Part shown: positions 34,556-42,308 of the stretch, in pieces | Numbering within the stretch: position 1 is the stretch's first letter | How the letters are laid out: each line of letters starts with the position of its first letter | Assembly (NCBI GenBank): GCA_964473025.1 | Contig: CAYYMZ010000003.1 | Location: 1-57,143, forward strand | Direction of reading: 5' to 3' | From: an uncultured Candidatus Saccharibacteria bacterium | GTDB taxonomy: Bacteria; Patescibacteriota; UBA1384; DTJR01 | Length of the DNA stretch: 57,143 nucleotides | Translations under genes and position numbers: made by a program | Notes under the pieces: model-generated | What the model was told of the DNA's origin: nothing | The model's input: only the letters and a program-made list of their open reading frames with translations | The model's database searches: none

Positions 34556-37500
34556 TTATTTCAGATAAAACCAGAATATTTTACCAGTAGGGATAGTTAT
34601 AGAGTCAGCGTTATTGGCATCAACAGTCAAAACCTGAAAGGCCTTTGCGGCATCGGTCTCTTTGTCGTTTGAAACAACATAAATTTTGCTGTACGCCCTT
34701 CCCGACGAGTAGAGGTTTCGCAGGGATTTACTCTCAGTGCAATCGGTTGTTTTACACGCGGCGGTTTTAACAACACTATAAACAAGCTCTGATAATTTAG
34801 CGGCTTGGTCCGTGTCATTTGCAAGAAGATTCCATCCTTGATGAACCTGAACACCCGTTTTAGCACCGGAAACCTCTTTGAGCGGTACTTTAACGTTATC
34901 GGACCTAGAGTAAACATAATATCCGGTTCCCGGCTGTAAATATTTAGGCAAGTCCGATCTTTCGGAAGAATACCATTTCTTCGTTCCATCACCGTTAAAT
35001 TCAAACAGGACATATTTATCAATATCTAAAACACTGGCATCGACAGATGTCATATTCGACGGAACAAAGAAAGCATTGTAACCCTTGGTCAAGCTAATTT
35101 GAGCTTTAGACATATCCCCTTCGGCATTTGTATAACTTGAGCCGTTCCAGAGCGGGTCTTCTGCCGCCGCCTCATTAACTCCATTTAAAAATTCGTCAAC
35201 GACATTACTGGTATCGCTCGCCGTTTCGGTGGTAGTGGTTGTTGTTGAGGTCTGATTTAGCGGATCCGAAGGCATAAGGTCAGCCGGTGGAGCCGGGCAG
35301 TCACTAGCTTTTGTGGTCTTTTTAGCGTCCCTAGCTGTTGTCGCCGTCGCCGTCGCGCTCGCCCCGCCACTAGAAGCTAGACACTGCGCTTCTTTAGTCG
35401 CCTTCAGCGTTTTCTCGATATTTATTTTTAGAAGTTCAATCTCATTGCACTGCCAGTCCGTATACCCGCCAGTTCCGCGTTGGTTATCCATAATAAAGTA
35501 CCAATCGATATACTCGGCTTGACCAGGGTTTCTGCCAAGAATATCATTGAATGATTTGAAAATTAACGCTGATCGCGCGGCCTGGGCTTCGGCACCTTCG
35601 ACTTTTGCGTCATTGTAAATTTTAACTGTCTGGAAGAGTTGTTTGTAGCTGTGTTGGCATTGAACGGCGCTAAAATCAACATTACCGTCCGCGTCCGCTA
35701 TCGGTACGGTTGGCACATCGGGGCGTGATTCGCACTTAGTAATGCCGATACTGCACAATTTCAAACTTCCGCCGGGCCACTTAAAACCAATGTCACCCTT
35801 GCCGTTTATCTGGCCAAGAGACAGGACGGGAGTATTTAATGAAAAAGCACCGGATTTAAGATCGATCCATGGAGTGACAGTGGTAAGGGTTTTAAGAAGC
35901 TGTTGCTGAGCAGCTTGAGCTGCGGTGGAAGAAGCTGTTGCAGCAGCATCCGCTACTGTTTTAGCACTACTCGCAGCACTCCCTATGCCAACCGCGGAAC
36001 CTGCTTGGCTAACAGCAGCTTCATAGGCTAATCTAGCCTCCGCTGCTATCTTAGCATACGATCCGGCATTAGACCCCAACAATGAAAATCCCGTACTCCA
36101 GCCGAGTCCGGTCAAACCATTTTTATCAAAACCCAACAAAACATCTGACTTGAAGTTCAGAGCTTTGCCGAGATTAACCGTACCGTTGACATTGCCCTTT
36201 ATATCAAAGGCGATCGAACCGATACTACGTGTAGTTGCATTGCCTTGAAATATCGTGGTCTGGCTTGCCGTGTAAACAAACCCGATATTGCCACTGCGGT
36301 CAAAATACAGATTTCCCGCCTGATTCACACCTTTTGAATCCGTTTGATTTAACAATTCATAACTGCCCGTAAGATTGCCCTTAGTATCTATTGAAATTAT
36401 TCCCTTACCGGTAATAGTTTTACTTGTGCCATCTTTGTTTTTAACAACAAGCGATTCCCCCATCGAAAATGGTCTGACGGTACCGTTTGAGTAAATTGCA
36501 ATCGGAATTTCAAAGGCCTGTGAGTTGGGGTTGTAACTAAAAACCCTGTTCTGGTATCTAAATGTTCCCCCAACCGAGCCGCTACTTGAGATACTCGCTG
36601 ACATTAGCTCTAAAGGACCGAGATTTGCGAGTGCGGCAGGAACCACCATCCCATTGGCCAAAGTTGTCTTCTTGTCGCTTGAAACGGTGACGTAAACGTC
36701 TTGATTTCTGGGATCAGAGAAAAATTGCACTGACTTACCAGCATAATCAACTGACAACTGGGCGTCGTAAAGTTTGGTAACAGGATCAAATTTGATATAA
36801 CCCGCCAAACCGCCCTTTGAATTTAAAATTTGGGCGGTAAAGACAGCGTTACCAGTCAACTGGTCAATTGACAAACTTGTACTCGACGACATATCAGCCC
36901 AATTGAAAATGGGGTGGAATAACCCATCGTTTCTCAATCTGGTAATAGTAGGCGTTTCTCCGCCCGTAAATGATGGATCGGCATCGATCAATTTTTGAAT
37001 CATGACCGCTTCTTGTGGATTGTTAGCCGCTAAAATAGCCATCGCTTTTTTTAGGTTTGCATCCGATATTTCGCCATTTAATCGCATTTGGATTAAGTCC
37101 TGAATAACAGATGAAACCCCGAGTAGACTTGGTGTTTGGAGTTGGTTAAAAAGCAGATCTTGGTCGGTAGGCGCTTTGACAGCAGCTGCACCTGCACGCA
37201 AAGCATATAGCATAGGCTTAACCGAAAGGTCGCTTGGGTTATTTACACCGGTCCCACTAAAAATATCCACAATATTTTGCGGATCAGTATAAAGCAGTAT
37301 TGGTGTTATTGTACGGAGATTCGAAATGTAATCTATCAATTTCTGCGCTTGCTCTGTTGTAGCATTCGGCATCAAAGAAGTGGCAAGTTTTTTAACCGCT
37401 GCCACCGCATCTTGGGTTTTTTTCAACTCCTCTATGGCAGCTTTTTGTGCAGCTGCAGCAGAAGTTACATTAATTTGTGGCTTAGTCCCCTGACTAGCAT

Positions 37501-38362
37501 AAAGCGCTTTAAACTGATCGGATGCAATCTGCAACTGGTCTGCATTCAGCATTACCGTTGAATTATCTCCTTGATCTAATGCTCCGGTAGCCGCCCCAAA
37601 AAATGTTGGAAGATAATTAACGCCTACCTCTGTAGCAACTACTGCGTTGGGGTTAGCGGCAAGTGCGGCTGTCCGCGCCTCGATATCCATCACGTCGTTA
37701 GAAAGTTGGCTGGCATAAAGATAGAGGGATTTGTCGCCTGGATCTAGATAGGGACCACCGTAAGTTTTATTAAACCACTGTGTATAATTGGCAATCCTCG
37801 AATCTAGCGAACCAGTTGGAGTTTCGGCAACTAATTTGACGTCACCAATATTATTAATTATTTTTAATTGCTCGGCGAGTAAACTGTTAAAATATCCGCC
37901 GGCACCAGCATATTCGGAGGAGATGTAGTCCCCCGCACCAGCGCTTGAGAATTGATATTGAGCAATTAGCCCACCATCGGCAAGATAATTACTTTTTAAG
38001 AAACTAATCACATTGCCTTCTTCCATCCTGTCTGTTCCGGCTATTTCCTTACCACCCAACGAAGAAAGGACCTTAGAGGCTAGGGCGGCTCGAAGAAAAT
38101 TTTCTTTCTCTCCTGACGAGAGAGCGCTGAAGCTGCTACCACCACCACTTACAGTTTGTTTGATGAAATTTTCCCTCGCCGTAGCGTCTGGCAAAATGTT
38201 TCGAACAGCGACTAAAATACTAACTTTTTTTTGTGCAAAGCTTTCTGCAAAGCTTTCTATGGAATGATCCTCTGGACCACCGCCGGGTCCTCCTGGACCG
38301 GGAACCGTTGCCGCAAAAATCGGATAATACACATTACCCAAAAATGTGGCTGAGACCAACAA
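34556..38362 (-). CDS. Giant (at least 1268 aa) A/S/T/G/N-rich secreted or surface protein, no recognised domain
   Basis: Long uninterrupted ORF. The in-frame sequence upstream of the TTG at 38362 encodes ...TRGRVAVVAVLLLVSA, a signal-peptide-like segment. The true start is therefore probably upstream (open to about 38425). Confidence 0.75.
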   Translation of the reverse strand: MLVSATFLGNVYYPIFAATVPGPGGPGGGPEDHSIESFAESFAQKKVSILVAVRNILPDATARENFIKQTVSGGGSSFSALSSGEKENFLRAALASKVLSSLGGKEIAGTDRMEEGNVISFLKSNYLADGGLIAQYQFSSAGAGDYISSEYAGAGGYFNSLLAEQLKIINNIGDVKLVAETPTGSLDSRIANYTQWFNKTYGGPYLDPGDKSLYLYASQLSNDVMDIEARTAALAANPNAVVATEVGVNYLPTFFGAATGALDQGDNSTVMLNADQLQIASDQFKALYASQGTKPQINVTSAAAAQKAAIEELKKTQDAVAAVKKLATSLMPNATTEQAQKLIDYISNLRTITPILLYTDPQNIVDIFSGTGVNNPSDLSVKPMLYALRAGAAAVKAPTDQDLLFNQLQTPSLLGVSSVIQDLIQMRLNGEISDANLKKAMAILAANNPQEAVMIQKLIDADPSFTGGETPTITRLRNDGLFHPIFNWADMSSSTSLSIDQLTGNAVFTAQILNSKGGLAGYIKFDPVTKLYDAQLSVDYAGKSVQFFSDPRNQDVYVTVSSDKKTTLANGMVVPAALANLGPLELMSASISSSGSVGGTFRYQNRVFSYNPNSQAFEIPIAIYSNGTVRPFSMGESLVVKNKDGTSKTITGKGIISIDTKGNLTGSYELLNQTDSKGVNQAGNLYFDRSGNIGFVYTASQTTIFQGNATTRSIGSIAFDIKGNVNGTVNLGKALNFKSDVLLGFDKNGLTGLGWSTGFSLLGSNAGSYAKIAAEARLAYEAAVSQAGSAVGIGSAASSAKTVADAAATASSTAAQAAQQQLLKTLTTVTPWIDLKSGAFSLNTPVLSLGQINGKGDIGFKWPGGSLKLCSIGITKCESRPDVPTVPIADADGNVDFSAVQCQHSYKQLFQTVKIYNDAKVEGAEAQAARSALIFKSFNDILGRNPGQAEYIDWYFIMDNQRGTGGYTDWQCNEIELLKINIEKTLKATKEAQCLASSGGASATATATTARDAKKTTKASDCPAPPADLMPSDPLNQTSTTTTTTETASDTSNVVDEFLNGVNEAAAEDPLWNGSSYTNAEGDMSKAQISLTKGYNAFFVPSNMTSVDASVLDIDKYVLFEFNGDGTKKWYSSERSDLPKYLQPGTGYYVYSRSDNVKVPLKEVSGAKTGVQVHQGWNLLANDTDQAAKLSELVYSVVKTAACKTTDCTESKSLRNLYSSGRAYSKIYVVSNDKETDAAKAFQVLTVDANNADSITIPTGKIFWFYLK

Positions 38363-38529
38363 TAAAACCGCAACAACAGCAACCCTGCCCCTTGTTGCGT
38401 TTGCGCCTGTTATTGAGAACCGTGGTAGCTTAATTTCCCCTCCAACACATAAAAATTAATTGCAACAATTTACAAACTAAATCTATTATAATCAACCAAT
38501 CTCGTCAATGCAAGAGTAATTGAAAACAA

Positions 38530-38554
38530 AAAACCCGAGGCGTTCCCGGGTTTT
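38530..38554 (-). terminator. Minus-strand intrinsic terminator
   Basis: AAAACCCG...CGGGTTTT hairpin, followed on the minus strand by TTTTTTGTTTT. Confidence 0.55.
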
Positions 38555-38624
38555 CTGTCCTATTGGGGGTCTCCCCTCAATGCACTCTTAAATTGAGATA
38601 ATCAACTTTAAAATACGCTGTCAA

Positions 38625-38639
38625 CCCCAACACCCTTTA
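38625..38639. repeat. Left arm of a 15-bp perfect inverted repeat bracketing the GIY-YIG gene
   Basis: CCCCAACACCCTTTA. The exact reverse complement is at 38926-38940. Confidence 0.85.
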
Positions 38640-38643
38640 CATC

Positions 38644-38670
38644 TTGATTTTAAAATTTGTCTGGTATAAT
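38644..38670 (+). promoter_or_regulatory. Promoter of the GIY-YIG gene (TTGATT, 15 nt, TGgTATAAT)
   Basis: An extended -10 element ends 6 nt before ATG 38677, which implies a leaderless mRNA. Confidence 0.55.
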
Positions 38671-38676
38671 ACTGTC

Positions 38677-38928
38677 ATGTTTTATATGTATGTTATTAAA
38701 AGCAAGGTCTCAAAAACATTATATTTTGGATACTCCAGCGATTTAAAAAAGAGAGTTAAGGAGCATAATGAAAAGAAGAGCAAATATACTCAAACTAAAA
38801 CTCCATGGTCATTAGTTTATTATGAAGCATATAAATCGGCGAAGGATGCTAGGGCAAGGGAACGGCAGCTTAAAAAATATGCTAAATCCTACGCAATGTT
38901 AAAACGCAGAATAAAGAACTCAATGTAA
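38677..38928 (+). CDS. Small GIY-YIG nuclease-family protein (83 aa)
   Basis: MFYMYVIKSKVSKTLYFGYSSDLKKRVKEHN... matches the GIY...YxG...R..EH pattern of stand-alone GIY-YIG/URI proteins. The stop codon lies inside the right repeat arm. Confidence 0.85.
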   Translation: MFYMYVIKSKVSKTLYFGYSSDLKKRVKEHNEKKSKYTQTKTPWSLVYYEAYKSAKDARARERQLKKYAKSYAMLKRRIKNSM

Positions 38929-38940
38929 AGGGTGTTGGGG
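38926..38940. repeat. Right arm of the 15-bp inverted repeat bracketing the GIY-YIG gene
   Basis: TAAAGGGTGTTGGGG. Confidence 0.85.
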
Positions 38941-38981
38941 GAACAAAAGCCGAAAATCGCCCGGATTTTTGTCTCCAGGTA

Positions 38982-39010
38982 TTGACAAACGCACCAGATT
39001 ATGGTACTAT
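38982..39010 (+). promoter_or_regulatory. Near-consensus sigma70-type promoter
   Basis: TTGACA (38982-38987), a 17-nt spacer, then TGgTACTAT (39002-39010). Confidence 0.6.
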
Positions 39011-39016
39011 ATCTCC

Positions 39017-39256
39017 TTGTTGAAAATTAGGAGGAATGAAGGATGTATGAGAAGTAGCAGGCAGAGTCCTCACTTCGAGTTTATATTGGGTGATTTCCCC
39101 TCCTTGCACCCTATATCCTCGTTGTGAGGACTCTTCCTACTACACTTAGCACAGGCGCATTATTAAAATATTTGGCGTTTGCAAAACCACCTAGTGGGGT
39201 TAAGTCACTGGTCAGGAGGGAAAAGAAATTCCACCGCGCAAGCGGTGGTTTTTCTT
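39017..39256 (+). ncRNA. Orphan ~240-nt small RNA candidate (class unknown)
   Basis: Delimited by the promoter above and the terminator CCACCGC-GCAA-GCGGTGG plus TTTTTCTTT (39231-39256). Contains a ~110-nt irregular hairpin (18 of 20 outer pairs: GTAGCAGGCAGAGTCCTCAC / GTGAGGACTCTTCCTACTAC). The apical loop is ATTTCCCCTCCTTG. Confidence 0.5.
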
Positions 39257-39451
39257 TGGTCTCTAATTTTGAATAATTTATATGTGTTTGCTGTAACGAA
39301 TGTGCAAAATTATTTTACCCCACACACCAAAACTCTAATATTTCACATCGGACTACCTGCCCGCAGTGCTAAAGCACAGCTTTTGCAGGCGGGTTCGTCC
39401 GCGTTCCATTTCGGGTTTTGGTAGGGGGTTTCGATAATCATCTAGCGATGA

Positions 39452-39874
39452 TCATCTCACGTCTATTCCCATAGATCTAGCCGTACCTTCAATAATCTTC
39501 GTTGCTTGTTCAATATCGGTGGCATTTAGGTCAGCCATCTTTTTTTCGGCAATTTCGCGAACTTGGGCAGATGTTACCGTACCAACCTTGTCTTTATTCG
39601 GCACGCCCGAACCTTTTTCCACTTTTGCCGCTTTCTTTAAAAGAATAGAAGCGGGTGGAGTTTTAAGGATAAAGTCAAAAGTCCTGTCTTCGTAAATTGT
39701 AATTTCTGCTGGAACAACCGTGTCGCCCATATCTTTCGTTTTTTCGTTAAACTGGTTAACGAATTCCATAATGTTGACACCGTGCTGTCCCAGTGCCGGT
39801 CCGATAGGAGGAGCCGGATTAGCTCGTCCTGCGGGAGCTTGAATCTTTATAACCGTCTTAATTTTCTTTGCCAT
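39452..39874 (-). CDS. rplK: Ribosomal protein uL11
   Basis: [17 protein letters not shown] motif. Confidence 0.95.
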   Translation of the reverse strand: MAKKIKTVIKIQAPAGRANPAPPIGPALGQHGVNIMEFVNQFNEKTKDMGDTVVPAEITIYEDRTFDFILKTPPASILLKKAAKVEKGSGVPNKDKVGTVTSAQVREIAEKKMADLNATDIEQATKIIEGTARSMGIDVR

Positions 39875-39888
39875 TTTTACTAATTAAT

Positions 39889-40692
39889 TTATACTTTCTT
39901 TGCCTGCAAAAAGTCGATATTGGCAGGCGTTTCGCGGCCAAACATATTAACCGAAACCTTAATCTTGCCTTTTCCTTCATCAATATCCGTCACCTTGCCT
40001 TCAAACCCTTTAAGTGGACCGTCGTTAATTCTGACCAAATCATCGATTTTAAACTCAATTTTATGCTTTGGCTCCTGAACACTCATCCTTTTTTTAATAC
40101 GCGCAATTTCCGGCTCTGACATCGGGGTCGGCCTAACACCAAAGCCGACGAAACCGGTAACATTTGGGGTGTTTCTGACCACATACCATGACTCATCGGT
40201 CACATTCATTTCAACTAAAACATAGCCGGGGAAAATTTTCTTTTCAACGACAGATCTTTTGCCATTTTTAATTTCAATTTGTTTTTCGGTCGGGACGATA
40301 ACACTATAGATAAAATCCTTCATCCCCATCGATTCAATTCTCTGTTTTAAGCTATCCGCAACCTGATCTTCGTAACCCGAATAAGTGTGAATAACATACC
40401 AACCCTGTTGGCCTGCCTGTTTGATACTCTTTTTTGGATTATCTAAATCGGCGACACCCTTGGTTTCTTCGGCCTGCTCTTCCTTCGTTTCCTCGTCAGT
40501 TACTTCTTCAACCGGCACATCTTGAACCTTTTGCTCGACAGGAGAAGATTCAACAGGAACTTCAACCGTTTCTTCCCCGACGCTTTCGGTCGGGGCTCCG
40601 GTAGCTTCACTCGTCGAAGCTTCTTTTGCTTCTTCGACAATCTCTTCGGTTACTTCTTCTTTATCTTTGGTTGGTTTTACTTCGTCTGCCAT
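39889..40692 (-). CDS. nusG: Transcription termination/antitermination factor NusG with a ~95-aa acidic N-terminal extension
   Basis: NGN core WYVIHTYSGYEDQV and KOW motif DDLVRINDGPLKGFEGKV. The N-terminus is E/V/T-rich low complexity. Confidence 0.92.
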   Translation of the reverse strand: MADEVKPTKDKEEVTEEIVEEAKEASTSEATGAPTESVGEETVEVPVESSPVEQKVQDVPVEEVTDEETKEEQAEETKGVADLDNPKKSIKQAGQQGWYVIHTYSGYEDQVADSLKQRIESMGMKDFIYSVIVPTEKQIEIKNGKRSVVEKKIFPGYVLVEMNVTDESWYVVRNTPNVTGFVGFGVRPTPMSEPEIARIKKRMSVQEPKHKIEFKIDDLVRINDGPLKGFEGKVTDIDEGKGKIKVSVNMFGRETPANIDFLQAKKV

Positions 40693-40704
40693 ATTTCCCT
40701 CAAA

Positions 40705-40887
40705 TTAAATAATGGATGAAATTGCTCTTTGTAAGGTTTGCGCAAAGGCATAATCCAAAAGCGCGATGAAAGCACCACCTAAAACCAAGGCGAATACTAC
40801 AATTAAAGTGTCGGCGTAGACCCTTTGCCTTGAAGGCCAAATGATGGCACTGATTTCTTTCCAGATACTTTCAATTTTCTTAATCAT
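40705..40887 (-). CDS. secE: Preprotein translocase subunit SecE
   Basis: 60 aa with a single C-terminal TM helix, in the conserved position upstream of nusG. Confidence 0.85.
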   Translation of the reverse strand: MIKKIESIWKEISAIIWPSRQRVYADTLIVVFALVLGGAFIALLDYAFAQTLQRAISSII

Positions 40888-40895
40888 TGGACAAA

Positions 40896-41144
40896 TTATA
40901 CAACTTCGACTTCACTTATATTATCCCGGCTTCCGAAAACCCGCTTATAACCTGTTTTCTTGAATTTTAAAACCCTGACTTTGTCGCCCAAGATGTGGCG
41001 CAAAACCTTTAACTTTACCTTTTGGCCGGAAAGCTCATCTTTAACTTCAAAAATCTCGCCTTCTTTTTGGTTTAACTTGAAGGTTGTAAATTTTTCTTTC
41101 CCACCAACTAAATATTGTCTTCCCGAAAGACTAATGATCGCCAT
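40896..41144 (-). CDS. rplU: Ribosomal protein bL21 (short form)
   Basis: MAIISLSGRQYLV... matches the L21 N-terminal pattern (MYAIIxxGGKQYxV). Confidence 0.7.
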   Translation of the reverse strand: MAIISLSGRQYLVGGKEKFTTFKLNQKEGEIFEVKDELSGQKVKLKVLRHILGDKVRVLKFKKTGYKRVFGSRDNISEVEVV

Positions 41145-41210
41145 GTTCACCTTATCTTGAAATAGAATACCTTATTTCTAAAATTTTGTCAATTTAACGA
41201 AGCGATAAAT

Positions 41211-42308
41211 CTATTCGAATTTAAGCCCTCGGCGGCGCAAATAAATACTTTGCGTCATTCCAAGTAAAACAGCATTGGTTATAAAGGAGGTTCCCCCGGC
41301 GGAAACAAAAGGTAGCGGAATACCTGTAACGGGCATGATTCCGATGTTCATACCAATATTAACGAAGACCTGAAAAAGTATGATCGCCCCTACACCGGCC
41401 GCGAAAATCATGCCAAACTTATCGCGAGACAGGGACGAAACGATGAAAATCCGGGTGATTAAAATGCCGAAAGCTAGAACCAGAACGATCGAACCGACAA
41501 AGCCCGTTGCCTCCGCCCATCCGGAAAAAATAAAGTCAATTTGCGCAATCGGTAGAAAACGAAGCTGGCTCTGTGTCGCATTACCAAAACCTTTTCCCAT
41601 TAACCCCCCCGAGCCTACCGCAATTTTCGACTGGCTGACATTATAACCGGAGCCAAGCGGGTCTAAAGACGGATTAGCAAAGGAGACAACACGTTCCTTC
41701 TGATATGGCTTTAGGCTTGTCCAAACCAAAGGAGATGCTAAAATTATAGCCGCTGCACCGATAATAAGGTATTTTTTTGGTATGCCAACCACCAGCAGAA
41801 CGGTTACAAGCATCACTGTGATGGTTAAAGCAGTTCCAAGGTCCGGTTCTCTTAAAACCAGATAAATAGGAACAATTGAAACGACTGCAAAAAAGAGAAT
41901 CCTGAGGGGTTTTAGATTATCCTTGGCAGAAAAATAACTGGCCGCAAAAATCAAAAGGAAAATTTTCATCAGTTCCGATGGCTGAATTTGAAAGAAACCC
42001 AAATCAATCCATCTCGAAGAACCGAATACCCTGATTCCGAAAAAATCAACGATGATAAGCATAAGCAAGCCGATCGCGTAAAGATACCAAACGTAATTTT
42101 TGGTCTCGCGGTAGTCGAACATGGCAAATACGATGTAGACAATAATGCCGATTACAAAGAATATCGCCTGGCTTGTAACTAACGACAGGTTTCCGGAAAC
42201 CGAAGAAATACTATACAGCGTCGCAAGAGAGCAAACACTCAAAATTACCGGTATGATAATCAACGACCAGTCGAAGTTCTGATTAATTTTTATTCGTGGA
42301 ATTTTCAC
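41211..42308 (-). CDS. FtsW/RodA/SpoVE (SEDS) family protein
   Basis: About 10 TM segments, with QPSELMKI and a family-typical C-terminal region. Confidence 0.88.
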   Translation of the reverse strand: MKIPRIKINQNFDWSLIIIPVILSVCSLATLYSISSVSGNLSLVTSQAIFFVIGIIVYIVFAMFDYRETKNYVWYLYAIGLLMLIIVDFFGIRVFGSSRWIDLGFFQIQPSELMKIFLLIFAASYFSAKDNLKPLRILFFAVVSIVPIYLVLREPDLGTALTITVMLVTVLLVVGIPKKYLIIGAAAIILASPLVWTSLKPYQKERVVSFANPSLDPLGSGYNVSQSKIAVGSGGLMGKGFGNATQSQLRFLPIAQIDFIFSGWAEATGFVGSIVLVLAFGILITRIFIVSSLSRDKFGMIFAAGVGAIILFQVFVNIGMNIGIMPVTGIPLPFVSAGGTSFITNAVLLGMTQSIYLRRRGLKFE

